Positions 10,866 to 25,800 of a stretch of DNA of 64,000 nucleotides are shown here, piece after piece (position 1 is the stretch's first letter; every line of letters begins with the position of its first letter). The translations under genes were made by a program, and so were the position numbers. The notes beneath the pieces are model-generated. The model was not told where the DNA came from. It did no database searches and saw only the letters and a program-made list of their open reading frames with translations. The stretch spans positions 2,083,745 to 2,147,744 of the forward strand of contig CM082591.2 in NCBI GenBank assembly GCA_040954595.2. Direction: 5' to 3'. Source of the stretch: Balanoglossus misakiensis. Taxonomy: Eukaryota > Animalia > Hemichordata.

Positions 10866-13800
10866 TCACAAAAGTGGGTATCCAGATAAGGCAGTGTCTT
10901 CATAGTGTTCCCTTTGTAGCAACCTCACAGATGAAATCTGTTGAAAATTACAAAAAGAGAAAAAAATTCTGTAAATTTGTATATACAGTACTTAAAATTT
11001 TCTCACTGATTAATTCAGTGTTTTTGTTTGCTGTCGGCGTTAAATAAATAAATTACTCAACATTCATTCACCTCTTCGTCCGCAAACATTCATCCTATCC
11101 ATCGGAGCATACATATACAAATACGTTCGTACACACACGTACTCCTTCAATGCCCATACGACCAGCCACTTATTGTCGACGTCAGTGAAAACCACGCTTT
11201 CAAGACTTCTTAAAGGACACGTACACCAATTTCGCGCTTTAAATAGTAACATTCCTTGGCTAATTTGGAGTCTCTTCATTGTGGAAACCCCAATCACGCG
11301 TGGTGTCAACACAGGTCAAGATCATTAATTACATAGGGTATTGTTAAAGCAAACTCCAAACTCCAGAATATGCATGCGAAATATATAATGCCCACGCTGT
11401 AGTTACAGTCAGCAAATATCACACGTTTCAGAAGGTCAGACTGTTTCAGTTGACTTTATGTTACTCCATTTCTGAGATTGGGAAAAACATATTTTTCTGG
11501 AGGGAGGCATCACTGTGTATATTTTTCGTCACGTTTCACACTCCTGAACTTTCGATTATAATGTAAAACGCGTTCTTCAGTTATCCAACCCTGCATGTAG
11601 ATATAAAATTGGTAAAAGATATCGGAAGAGTATATTACACATCAGTCGATTCCAAGAAACAATTGTAAGAAATTATGGATTCCCCTCAATCACAGCATCA
11701 TTTCATTTTGTATGCATGTGCATTCAATCACACCAAAATACTCCTAATCGCGTTTGATTTGAAAGCGTTCAAACCAAAATTAATATTGATCAAGACACAC
11801 ACATCACCAACGGCAACGCGTACACATTTCTAAGAAGCGCGACTCAAATCAGGCTTTTGTGAAAACAATGGTAAGCCTATGGGCATGATTCGGGTATTAT
11901 ACAAAGTAGAACAGTCAACAAGCCTGAAACAAGCCAAATCAATCGTGAGTTATCCCGGAACGTCTCAAAGGGACTCAACTATACCATCGCACAAAACACA
12001 CCGTCCATTTCCTTTCACAACAAACTGAACTAGTTTTTGTTAACATGGCATACGTGTAGTTCTTGAAAACTGCATGAGCCAGGTTAAGTGTCTGACGAAC
12101 TATGACAGACTTCTAGGAAAAACTGTATGAGTACCTTTCAAAAAAGGGGTTGTCGTGGCAACGCTTGGTCTTCCTAAAATCAGAAGACGCTCTCTGCTGT
12201 GATAATGCTTTTGGAGACGTCAAGGAAATGCCGACACCTCTTGGAGAGATTGATCTGGAACACCGCGGTTGGTGAAAGAAAACCGAGAGTGTGAAAATAT
12301 GGCTGAATGGCTTCACAGGTCTTGGCTCAAATAAATATTTCCACATGCTGAGTGTTTGCACGACCGCATTGCCGCACACGTCCCATCATACAACAGTGGT
12401 GTTTCCGCCGGTCTATATTAAACATCTGCAGACCGATGGGGAACGTCCGTGAGAATAACGCACTTTCGAAGGATGAAAATGCTAAACTTCATCAGCGTAG
12501 ATGCCACCTTTTGTATCTCAGTCGGTAGGTAAGCCCAGCGCTTTGAAGGAATTCCAATTACTTTCTCGCTTCCAATGTCGACACGGCGACAAAGAGTATT
12601 CGTCTCGGAAGCGCTGCGTGAAATGCTCGATTTCATTTAAGCACGCTGGAGAATGCAGACACTCATAGGGCGACAAATAAACCAACGGCAATGAATCTCG
12701 TGAAATCTCGCCCAATGCGTAGAATACACGTTTGCCTGCCTTTTATACTCTGAATTAATCTAAGCAGGAGGCTTTTCAATTCAAAATGCAACGTACCATT
12801 CTGTGATTCCCCGAGCACTATAATCATTTTTTGCAACTGTCGACAGAGAATCTAATTTGCATTAAGTTTTGAAGAAGAAAGAGGAATATTCTGGAGAAGC
12901 ACTCGAGGGTGGACGGAAGAACGAGTGGAATCATATTTCAAGTATAAGTGCCTTCATTAGAGAGAAGAGCCCAGTGAAATGACATACAGCACTGCATCTA
13001 TCATCTGCCTTGTTCCGAGTGATTGACATGTGGAGTATGTTTGTCGTACGACCAGTTCATTGCGCGGGAAGTGCAATTACTGAAACTGTTCAGGGTGGGT
13101 TTCCAGACATCTTTACATCATCAAAAAGATGTAACGCAACACAAAGGACTCTTATGGTTCGAGTGATATGCGTTTCAGAGGACAATGGAACGCATCCAAG
13201 GAGATGGAGATGATTACATACTACCTGGGCAAGGACAACCACTGTGCGTACCGGACTGTGAAATTCAGTTGTCGTCTGATCACAAGCGACATGTAAAGGA
13301 ACCCCTCCTTGACAAAATCACAACAATAGTTGGCATTTCCACTGTAAGAATACACTCAATGGGGAAGCGAGCCAAATCACACGCAAAATGCCGTGAGACA
13401 ACAGTCCACATCTTGTGTGCAACACGCACATATTATCAGACGCCGAATCAATGCGTTTGTTTTGAAAAAAATAGGTGTTTCATTATAGGTAAAATGGAAA
13501 CTCTGTACATGTAGTTTATAGATGCACATTTGTATCAGAAACCTTGAAGGATTGCCTTTGTAGATGCAGTAGCTGTTTTTGAAATGTTGTTTACATTTAT
13601 CAGAATTTATATCTTCAAAGTAACTTGGCTATATTCACTACTTGTTTTTGAGTTACTAAAACGCCTGAGGCTCAGTTTGGTTATGTAACATATATGTGTG
13701 AATTTTAAAGGCGTGAAAAGCATGTCTGATTATAATGAGGTAGGTATTGTGATTTTCCTCATCTGTATTCCGTCGTCTGGTGCGTGGTTAATTAGCATTT

Positions 13801-16800
13801 TTAAATCTTGCAACAGTGTCGAGGAAATAGACAGTGACGTAGAGGTGGGAATATCACCACCAACACGTCATATATTATTACTAAAGACTTGACAAAATAA
13901 AGAAATTACCAATTTTGATTTTTACTTTGATGACGTAGGTACATGTGTGGCAAACGGACACAACATAGGTCTATTTATCCTGAGTTCTGTCAGGTACACG
14001 CAATGGCGTGTGGCTGTGCGTAAATACAAGATAATATCTTGCTTAATGCCACCACTCTTTTTGTATCCATGGTAATAGTCTACATAATTGCAAATCTGGT
14101 TTTGATTAGGGGGACGAACGGAAGCTCTTCGAAGCTTATATTTAACTACATGTATAATTGGAAACATAGATGTTTTTCAATTTGCGGATGTATACTTGCA
14201 GTGTGATCCCAGGCTAAAGTAGCTCAACTCTTCGAATGAATAGAACTCGACAAAAACTCTATCACAATGAAACAAACAATCACCTTGGAACCCATGTTTG
14301 ACAGCTTTTGCAAAACAGTCATGTCAAGAACAAGTGGTACTGACAGGCGAATTATTACAGGGCTTTTCTAAACGAGCATCGCTAATCCCTTGCGCTGGTA
14401 TAAACCTTTGAAGGTTATACTGAAATAACAAAAACAGTTATTAATTCTCAAATGAATACAGAACACGACTGCAGCCATTGTAGCTGAGTACGGCTACAGC
14501 ACGACACAAGTGCACTTTGGCCCTTGGGCGCGCACTCATAGTAGATGGGTTTGATGAAGATACCTCACACAGAGCATCAGACAGATGAAGGATTCATTTG
14601 AAGGAGTGTTTTGTCTGATGTAACTCAGCGATACAGTCGTGATTTAAAAGCCCATAAACCTAGATAAAGAGCCGGGGGTTCTGGAGAATAGGCAATATTT
14701 AAAAAGCTACACTAAACAAAATAGGGCCAATATAAAAGTTAATTAATACGAGAAATTTAAGATGTCTTGGCGCCACATGCCCACGACGAGGGAGTAAATT
14801 ACCACTGATTGATTGAAGTTATTACCTCAATGCTGCAGCTGTATAACTATCTCCAGGTGGCTACCGAGCCAACGGCAAGTGATTAGTTTCAAGAAATCAC
14901 TGTGGGCATACCGGTACAACAGTGACATCCAAAGTGTCGCAACCCCTCTCCAACATAAAACGCCCTGTACGGCAGACATGGGTCACGTTTGCAAATACCG
15001 TAAATACGTTTACTTGGCGACAACAGACGCTCCTAATAATCGAGGAATACACTCATTGTGAATATGGCTGACCGGAAATCCAGTGGTATTTCAGGAGCGA
15101 CATTTTCAATTACCTCACTTCCGGTTTACAGTGGCTATAGCGCGTCTACAAGATTCGCAATGGGTGCATTGATGACTGGCATTTGCCTATAATGCTTATT
15201 GTATTACAGCACGGGGATTAACGTAAAGTTCAATTCATTAAAAAAACTAGTTGGTTCATCGCCAGAGGCCACAACGATCAATAATGGATTTTGAAAGACA
15301 TTCGTTTTGGATACCTGCCTCGTGAAAAGCAATGTGTGGCAGGTGCGGTTTGGCAGTCGCAATTCAAACTCGAATCTCGTAAAAAGATTTCCAAGCCACC
15401 TGACTACAATATCTTTTTTCCAGCGAACTAATAAAATCCCAGTTCCCTCATTACTCACAATAGAATACCTTTAGGGTTAATTTTCAGTGGACAATTTTGA
15501 CAGTCTTTGTCTGGAATGACGACATCCCAGGCATTAAATGCTATTATTGTCCTAATTGCCTTTTTGCAAAATGATTATTTACTTATTAAACTGAAAACAA
15601 ATCTCCATGTCACCAAAGTAATTCAGCATCGTAAAGGTCGTGATATACTCTTCTGTCCAGAAGGCTGTCATTAACAAATATTTTCTTCTTGTTGCACCAT
15701 TTATCGTATTTCTTTTATATTTTAAATTGTATGCAATCAATTGCAATGAAGTAGATGGACATAATCTATTTGGTCGTTGACATTTATCAAAACCTTTGTA
15801 TTCCTCTCCATGGCTTTTTCCATGGTCATTATTTTTAAAGATCACAATGAGAATATCCCAACGACAGCTGACACTAAATTTCAAAGCAATCAGAAAGTAC
15901 TCTTTCATAAATTGATTTCTTGATGTATTAAATGCGTCGCAAAATGCCTCATTATGCCATTTTCACAATAATATCGGAAAAAGCTGACAGGGACACTCAA
16001 CTTTTGATACACAACACATCCATCAAATTCATCAGTGTGAGTTTCAAGAGGGAGCTTTTATTGGGTCAAAGCTTGGAGAAGAAAAAATCCATTACTTTTG
16101 TGAGTGAAACTACATCGGTTTCAAGGCCTTACAAGTGGTAAATTAATACAGTGACATTAAATTCTTCATACTGTGCATGAAAGACATTAATTTTCATGCT
16201 AGAACAAACAATGTGGAAAATAATGGACGCACAGCTACGTCAGTCGTTCACCCTTTCGCCGCGCGTCGTCATCATCAACAACAACAACATTGATAAAACC
16301 CAGTCAATTCTATTGCAATGACCAATCAGTGATATATGAGCCTAGCTGAATATTTCTATGGCATCATAAAAATATATTCTTAATACTAGTAGTAGAATTA
16401 CATGAAAACGATAATTTGTAGAAGATAAGTTATCATGCAGTTTATCGAAATTACAATAAATTTGATATTTTGTTGCAAATTGGCTAAATGAAAGATGTCT
16501 TCCATTCCGAACTGCAAATTACGTCTGACGTTCAATCGAACTAAATACTGACAAGGGGGAGCTATTCATTGCGATTTCGCGCGTGGGTGACGTTACCATA
16601 GCAACAGTTTGGTTGCTGCATGGCCAGGGAGGCAATTCGTAGGTTTACGAGAGTGGCGGGATAGAAATTCTTTGTACAGGGCCAGGGGCAATTAAGTTAT
16701 GATTTTCTCAATTTCATATTCATAACTCATGTGGTATACAGTTCGCAATTTATCACAACGTACAGAAAATGAGGTCGAAACATCTTTCTCGATCATAAAC

Positions 16801-19800
16801 CCATCGCTGTTAATTATCTACCTTTTCACTCCATATACTACGGTATCATTGACATCCAAAAATTGCTTTTATTCATTTCTCATAAAACACCCCTATTAAT
16901 TTACAATTCATTAATATGTGAGCAGCTAATAAAGGCATTATCTCAGATGTTTGTAGTTTAGATCAGAGGGGATGTCGTCTACCGGGTAAACTGCGCATGT
17001 GTGACTTTTCTGTTGCATATTGCTACGGTTTCATAAAAAATGTACATACTAGTAGTAGAATTACCGGTACATGAAAATGGCAAGTTGTAGAAGATAAGTT
17101 ATTATGCAATTTATCGAAATTACAATAAATTTGATATTTTGTTGCAAATCGGCTAAATGAAAGATGTCTTCCATTCCCAACTGCAAAGGTCAAAGGTTGT
17201 GACTATTCTTTGCGTAAGCAGTTTGTGATTTCTGACTTGGAGATGCAAATTGATTGGACGATAGATATGGGTGGATCGATGGTTGGTTGTTGTGTGGAGG
17301 GTAGTTCGAGTGGGTGGCCGCTTAACTTGGTTGGTCTTGGTTGGCTGGTGGGTGGATAGATCGATCAATGATCGAGGGACCAGACTAAATGTGCGACTGA
17401 ATCATGTCACAAGCGGCCCTAAAATAACCTTTCAAGTTCCGTACACAACACACGGGTACAGTATTCCGAGAACAAGATCCGTATCCTCAATACTTGTTCG
17501 ATAATTACGCACTCACGCAAAACGGTACTATTGATCCATGCAGATGGATTGAGTAGACCGCGCAGTCTGCACTTTAATCAATAAAAAGAAAGCTTCCTTA
17601 AAAGAACAAGGATGAGAAAGCTTCCTGGAAGATCCATGCTGGATATGACATCTCTCCAGAGACCCAGCACGTCTGACTTCCATTAGAAGCTGTTCAAACT
17701 ACACGCGGCTTGCAAAGACGATATGTATTTGTAACTTGGCACGTGACTAATGCAAATGTCTAGAGTTAATCAACCGGAAGTAGTCTCCTCCAAGCCTTTT
17801 TGTTCCTCGAGAAAATGTATCTGTCTGTTTGTCGGCCTGGGTTAGCTGCCTAGCTAACTTATATTTAGATGTATTTGCAGGTATGTCTGTCGCCTGTCTG
17901 TAACAGACAGAATGCTCGCTGATAAACCTGATTATTCAGTCACACATCTTGCCGGTAGACCTCTGCACACCGCTCTAAAAAGCCGGAAAAAGGGGTTACA
18001 TAATTGCCCTTCTCAAACTATTGCCAGTTGGCATGCACGATCAGGTCGACATATCCAGATAGAGCACCGCGGTTCAATTACGGTGCATCGGCGCGCGTCA
18101 TACCTCTTGAGCCCGAATCCCGCTGACGCAAATGGTATATAACCGCCCAGGATATCCTAACATAGATTGACATTTCAGAAATTGCACACATGCTCCTCGA
18201 TTTCCCGTTCAGTCAATTTTAACTGAAGTGGGTTATTTTGCGCGAGATGGTCTGCCTTCACCGTTTTCTATTCACCAAAAACACAAACATCTTAGTGTGA
18301 AAATTTAAAAGATACATCTGAGGCAGTAAACAACTTGCTGAGAAAATATGGCCAAGCGTAACATCCAAGCCATCGGGTGAGAGATCATTACATGCTTATA
18401 TGCCCAGATTAATAATATACATCGCTATAATTAGAGTCTACATCTGCATGTGAAAGTCATGCAGAAATCATGAAAAGTTATTCTCAACACAACATGACTT
18501 CAATCAATGAACTGCCACAGTGTTCTTTATAAGATAACATTAATAAGCTAATTTTAAAAGTCACCATGCAGCGCACCATCCTTTTAAAGCTTAAAGCTGC
18601 AGGGTTTCCATGTCTACCAACGTCACGTAAGTCAGGGCGCCCGACAAAGCTGGCTGAGACTTACGCTTGGTGCTAAACACATATGTTAAACATATTCTTA
18701 GGATCCAAGTTTATTTTAAAATCTCCCATGTGATCAGTAAGCGTGGTTCGCAATAAAAAGACTTAAGAATTTCGCATCTTCCTTCACGGTGCAAGATTTC
18801 TCAGAAAGTCTTTATGCGTTCTGCCATTCAGACTGGATGAAAATCGATCTGACATATAGATTAGAAAGGCCTTAGGTTAAGAACAGATTTGCAGCGTTCA
18901 GTATATACGGTAGTCTGTATGGGCTTCTACGAATTGAGAATCCGTAATATAGATTGAAGCTTCAGTAACTACCGGTATAACTGATATGTACCAGTGGCAC
19001 GGATCAGAGTGTGTAGTTACCATATGGAGTTTGAACCTGTGCTATAGAGTACAACGAAAACACGTGAGAATGTCTTTCCATATAAACTGCCTAGTCACGC
19101 GAGATTTCGCGGGATCACGTGGAGTTCGGAAAATTGTCTATTGTGTCGTCGCTCGAGCTTCAGATGGCAGCATCAATATTGACTGATTTGAGCAAAGTTG
19201 ACACTGCACAGTTCAACAGTAATCGGGACAATCAGGTCTACACTGTATCATGTTACATGAGGCGTGCGCGCGCGTTGCTTGGAAACGCACAGCAAGAGAG
19301 GGAGGAGGCCGAGGGGTCACCAAGACAACACGCATTGTCCGTCTCAGAGAAGATGCGGATGATCGACACCACCACAGCAGAGTGCTGGCAGTTGTCAACG
19401 AAATCAGGAACGTAACCTTTTGGACCATATGTGTGCCAACGGCGGTATTATGAACACCTGACACAGTCAGTTATGTACACACCACTTGGATGACACCAAA
19501 CTATTAAATGTAGAACAAACCTTACTGGCGATAAAACATCAAGGTTTGCACCGACGTGGTTATAGGCCTATTGGTGGTATTTCACAAACTACACCGTGAA
19601 ATTTATCGGGTAAAAGGAACATTGATTGCTATGTATTTTACGCAGCTATTTCATGATACATGGAATATCCCTGTAAACTGTGAACATCCACTTTAATATT
19701 GCCAGACTGTCTAAAAAGAGTTCGTGGTTTAGGCTGTCGAGATGTGTGTTACTGTCTTTCATTCGATGCACTTTATTCGATTCCATAATTGCCACTTTCC

Positions 19801-22800
19801 AGAAGCGCGCGCGTCAGAGGAAGCGTCGCCATGGTTACCTATCTGTTCCCCATTGTGTGAACAATGCATGGTGCCGGAATTAGAATGTACGTGTTTCTGG
19901 GCGGAATGAGCTGGTGTTACGTCATTTTTTGATATAACTGTTGTTGAAACCCTCGTGCTCTCGCTTAGAGCGTTGTCAGCTTCATGTATGTTATACATGC
20001 CTAGATTTGTTGGCCAAGATTTAATAATCGATGAATTCCCGCCCATTGCGAGATCTAGCGAGACTCGATCGAGATCTCATAGGGTCTCATGGAATTCGCA
20101 AAATGGTCTACTAGGCCCATCACGTTCTTGCATGTCATCAGATCCTCAAAACATTGACGCAAACAGGAATAATACTGAATGCATGATCAGACAGTAGTGA
20201 ATAACAAGCAAGTACAGTATGCATATATTCATGTTGAAATTGCCCTGGCAATGAAAACATTCATCCAATGTGTATCTTTTCGACCTCTCTATCAAGTTAA
20301 CAAATGTCATATTGTGGTGACGCTGATTGATTACACAGGGAATGCAAAGCCCAGGTTCCAGGCTGTTTGTTATATTCACGTTGAAAATTAATGCAAATAT
20401 TGACAATTGTCTCACCGTAAATGGCAATTCGAAAAGGACATAGCAGCCCTCGTTCAGAGCTGTGAAATGAAACAGCTCCAGCAAATAGCAATGTTCCACA
20501 CAACTGTTCCATAATATACCCCATAAACTCAATTTTCTTCGCAAAAGAACTTTGAGGAAACAAGAAAATATATTTGCTTCGTTCCGTGCTCGTTTAAGGT
20601 CGCCTCATGACGATAAATATTTCATGCTGAAGAGAGATATTGTGATTGCAACTTTACCTCTGACACTTTGGCTATTTTTGCATTCGTCTGTGTGAAATCC
20701 ATGGCAATGTGACGTTCCTGGTGAACGAATATGTCTCTGCCATTTTGCTGTACCAGTGGGAGGTTAATAAAACTTAGATAAACACTCCAAACATATATAC
20801 CTACTCCTCTGTAAGCAGATCTGTGCACGTTTGCAACCCAATGTATATAAATGTGTACATCACAATGAGTTTCAAGTACATTCACACTGTCATACACAAG
20901 AAAGTCAAAGCGTGATCATCAAAATGCCACACCGTTGACTAAATAGCGTATTTACTAATCTGTACACGCTAACGAACGCAAGGGTTAACGGGTTTGGTTC
21001 TGACTGCTGGCTGCTCAACTTTAAGGAACAATGCTGGGTGGTATCAAGATTGATATTCCAAGAACTCAGCGCGCGGTAATTGGTTTAATTAAGGTTTTTG
21101 ACAACCATGTACCATTCGTGATGTTTTGGTGATCGCACGTTCGACTTCCTTGCTGTCTTAAAACTCTGCTTTGTTTTCGCGGGCACGGGTGGTGGTAAAA
21201 CGTTCGATATTGTGAGCAGTCGCAGAACAAGGTCGAACACGCGATGCTCGAATTCACAAAACGACTGAATGTTCAATCTGCAGTTTCGTCCTCCGATGCC
21301 TGCGTGGCTAGCCAACACACACAGCGTGTCATTAGCACAAGCGCGCTTTGGGGTCGATATCTGCGTATTATAGTGGCGGATCTTTCTGAGAAAACACTTA
21401 GTTTCTCATCAAGGCCAAAAAGTCTCATAGATTTGAGATCAGATAGTAGGCCTATACGCCTCGGGGACAGATTTTCAGTACGGGAGTCTTTTTTTTTTCA
21501 AATTCAACTGCCAAGTACCAGTACTTCTAACACATAGCTGCTACTTAAATGGACGACGACCTCTGGCGCAAGGATTGATGGGATATCTAGAAAGGCCAAG
21601 TGTTTTGTGTCGATTGTGTTTATCACTTTCACTTGCCATGCGTATGATTTTCAGATATGTGTGAAATTGCATATAATGGCGGCCATACATTTTGGATGCA
21701 CTTGAAGAAATAGTCACTCAGATCTAACAACACAGTTCTTGTACAAGACCAATGATTTTGAAATAAAATCATACAATTACGTCAGTTTGATTAGCCAATT
21801 CGGAGTACATGATGCTTATTAAACAGGGTACAATGTATATCTTAGAATTTAATGGTCGGTTGCTAATAAGCCATCAAGGGCAAGGGTTTCCTTGTATTAG
21901 AGATGTACCTGGCTGTCCGATGCACAAAACCGACGTTTAAAAATTACCGTGAAACCTCTGTTATTTGTTCAACGCTTTCTGAGTTGTTAGCATTATCCAT
22001 TGCGATATTTACACAGAGGGTCAGCGACGTCACATATAATAAAAAGTCAAATCACAGACCTGGCTTCTGTCTGGCCTGAAGGTATAAGCTTTCAATTTCC
22101 TTCCATCTGCGGAAAATCGTGACTAAAGTCTGAACAATAAGGTACGACGACTTTCTTTCTCACTGCCTATAATGAAACACACCGCAACGTTCAAAGCTAC
22201 ACTGTAACATACAATATACTGTAAAACACTTAATTTTCGCGAGTTCAATTTTTTGCGATATCGAGAGAGGCCACTGTTTCGCAAGTATTAATTTTCGCGT
22301 TCTCTTATTTCATTCACTGCATCGTTATCTTCAAAAACAATTTACGCGAATTTTTATTTTCACGCTATTTTGGCTCTCGCGTATTTGGCGAAAATTATTG
22401 CTCGCGAAAATAAAGTGTTTTACAGTATTACTTTAACGGGAGCGCTCAAAATGGTTCATCTTCAGCCTATTTCAAACACACAGACAGATATCGTAACAAA
22501 ATCCGCCAAAAGAAAAGAAATCATATCTAAATTAAAGAACTCATTAAACATTAAACGATATTTTCAGGCACTTTTTCAGAGACAACTAATGAGATAGGGC
22601 GCTGGCGTAACGCAAGAGTACACCTCAGGCCTGCACAGCAGTGAGAAAAAAATGCTGAATTCGCAGGCGTAGTGTGCTCGAACGAACGCTCCATGCTTGA
22701 TACATGAATTTGATGTTTGTTCGCTTGTCTGCATGAAACATACATACATACATAGGTACTACAACAATGTTCAAATAAAGTGAATTTTTTACAACCCAGT

Positions 22801-25800
22801 CTCATTCCCACCATAATGATTAATTGCCGTTTCACGACGGGAACATTGCCCGGGCTGCGTATAACCTTTCACAAGCACAGTTTTGGTTTTAATGTTCGAC
22901 AAAATAAGCTCTGAAATATTCCGACGATTATATAAAACAGCAAGACATCGTTTCCCTTGTCTTCGAGTCTTTGATTTATATTTCTACATCACGTAAATCA
23001 GGATTGACATTTAACATGATGCCTGTGGCATACACACTGACACAACAGACAAGTTCAGCTGGCGTAAAATCGAATTCTACTTTTCTTCTCATCCTTTCTC
23101 TCCCCATCCACTGCTCTAAAAGAAAACGAGCCTGACGACACTAGTTGCCACACAGTGACCACACATCACCATGGCAACATTACTACCACCCAGTGCTGTT
23201 TTTAATGTCCGTCATCCGATTGTAACGGAAGAGCGAGAAAACGAGTACACTGGGAGATATTTACTGATAAAATGGCGGGCAGCCTTGACAACATGGTTCG
23301 TAATATTTTACCTCCAGTAAATCATCCTGGCAGTACTCCAGTCGACAAACGAAAATGACGGAGTCATAAAATTCCTTGAGAGCTTTTCGGCTGTAAAATT
23401 GATGGATCATTATTGAAATAAAAACATCTACATGTACAGCAGAGGCAGAAGGAACGATAACCCAGTTGAGCACAAACTACCGCCATTAAAAATAAGAGAA
23501 ATGTTGCTCAACATTATAGTAGGCCTATACGGACAAAACACAAATTCACACACGAACGTTTTCCCCCGATTCGATATTTGCTCACACCACATTCGACGTG
23601 ACATGTAGCCGCGATATGGACGCGAATAAACCCGCCTCGATGTCCACGCTGGCGTGTGGGGAAATAGTTGGTTCAACAGGCCGGCCGGGAAAAGCAGGTC
23701 GTTCGTTCCTCAGCGCATATTATATCGCAATTGAGGCCAACTGCAGCCTGTGTAACGCAGTGGAAAAAGGGTCGAATTCAAGGTCGGTGTATATTAATCA
23801 GTCTTAGATACACAATCGCAAATTTTAATTATATGTGGTTTAATTACACAGAAGACGTGCAATTCTAATCATCAATTGTTCCCATAACAACATTATTTAA
23901 TCGTCTATGAAGATGGCTTTAACATCCCGCCATGTTAACGTGTATCTAAAAGAATATGAATATTTATTTTAAATACAGATTTTAGCTTACCTATTTTGGG
24001 CACAGATTGTCCATGTGGTGCTTAAAACTCATACCTGAAACTCCATCGTTGAGAAACACCTCGGCACGGCCGATAAAGACTTGTAGAAATGGTGTCTGCT
24101 GATGCGTCAACGAAACAGCACTGTTTTTCTCTTCGTCGAGATAATGCCTCATGTAGGGCCCCTCAGCCTGTCAATGCGCGAGCTCCGTGTGTTTGTCTCT
24201 CCCTCGCGTCCAGACCCCCTAAGTCAGTGCAGTTCACTCTCAGCTTCAGTCGTATCCTTCACATACCTTGTAATCGAATATAACAAAGAGAAGACAGATA
24301 AGTAACCGATCCCCTTATACAGAAATTGTTACCTCCATGTTTGAGTGTTCACTGAATAATGCTTGAAGCTCGCGCAGAAAACTAAAACATCAAGCAATAT
24401 TGGTTTGAAATATTGAGACTATGTGGACATTGGATAAAATATAAGCAATAAATACGAGTATAAAAAGAGTTACATTTTTAAAGATATATATTGAGATACG
24501 GGCTACAGATTCCCTCGAAGCAGTGAATAGAAAATAAAGTGTTGCAAATAACATAAGATGAAATCATGCAAGTTTTATAATAATGGGGTTGCTGTGTTTA
24601 TAAATTTATGATTCAGAATGCCCTAACATTAAAATCTGTATTATTGAAAGTAGAATAATAATAGTGTCCATAATAAATTTACCAGAGTGTCCGCGTTATA
24701 AGTTTGTATGTAATCGCATAGGTTAGAGCCGGTAGCGTGGTTTCTTTGCAGTTACCACAAGGAGGTTTATTAAAATAAATTGTTGGTATTTTGATTGTCG
24801 TGCTTGGGCCAAACCGGCTTTGTCGGTGTTTAAATTGGACCTACATAACATGTAGGGAAAGGGATTATAAATTCTACACCCTTTAGAACAGCCTTCATTA
24901 CTTACTACTACCTGGCATACAGTTATAAATACCGGTACATGTAGTCAGAATAGAACCACCATTCAATTTTCTAGGGCTTCCCAATTATCCCTTACTGTCC
25001 TTAGCCTTGGCCTTATCACAGCGACTGAATTAAGTCGTTATACGTGTTTATATCAGCTCTCGTTGGATAGATGGCTCGGGTCAAGTTAAAACAGGGTGTT
25101 ATCATACATCCTCATTTCTAGAGGTTATATGATGTTGCGTAAACCAAGATTTCCTTGAACCAAGAAACTATATTATGTAAGCCTATATACTAGTACATCA
25201 CGGCTATAACACACTACAGGAAGGATGGTTGGAGCTTATGAAAATGGATCATAATTACTTTGCTCTCCAGCTGATATGAGCGACATTAGTGCAACATAAA
25301 AATTGGCCTCCACTGAAGTATTATTATCATCCTTATTAGGAAAACGATCGAAGTTCAGAGTAGTCGATATAAAAACGAAATGACCCACAATGCACTGCTA
25401 CTTCCGAGATAAAATAACAGGCTTAAAGGAACAAAGTCTCTCTCTCGCTGCCTTTTTGATACAAGACAGTCCGCTTATCTTATTCTACATGTGGATATAT
25501 AGTGAATCAACGTGCGGTCGATATGCTTGCTTGAATATTCCCTACTAGCAATGGATGACGTCACACAACTGCAAATTAGTGCAGAACGATACATCTCAAG
25601 ACGCTCATTAAAATGTTTCAAAAACCCTTTGGTGGGAAACGTCCAGCGTTTTTTTAAATAATTAATTTTTTCAAGAAGACAGCGGTTATTATCACCTTAA
25701 CATTTATCACAAATGCAGTAGTCCAGAGGAAAGCAGTCAATTTGAAGAACACATGTTCTTAATGATGGCCACGAGACAGTTTGCCGTGCTCAACACTTCA

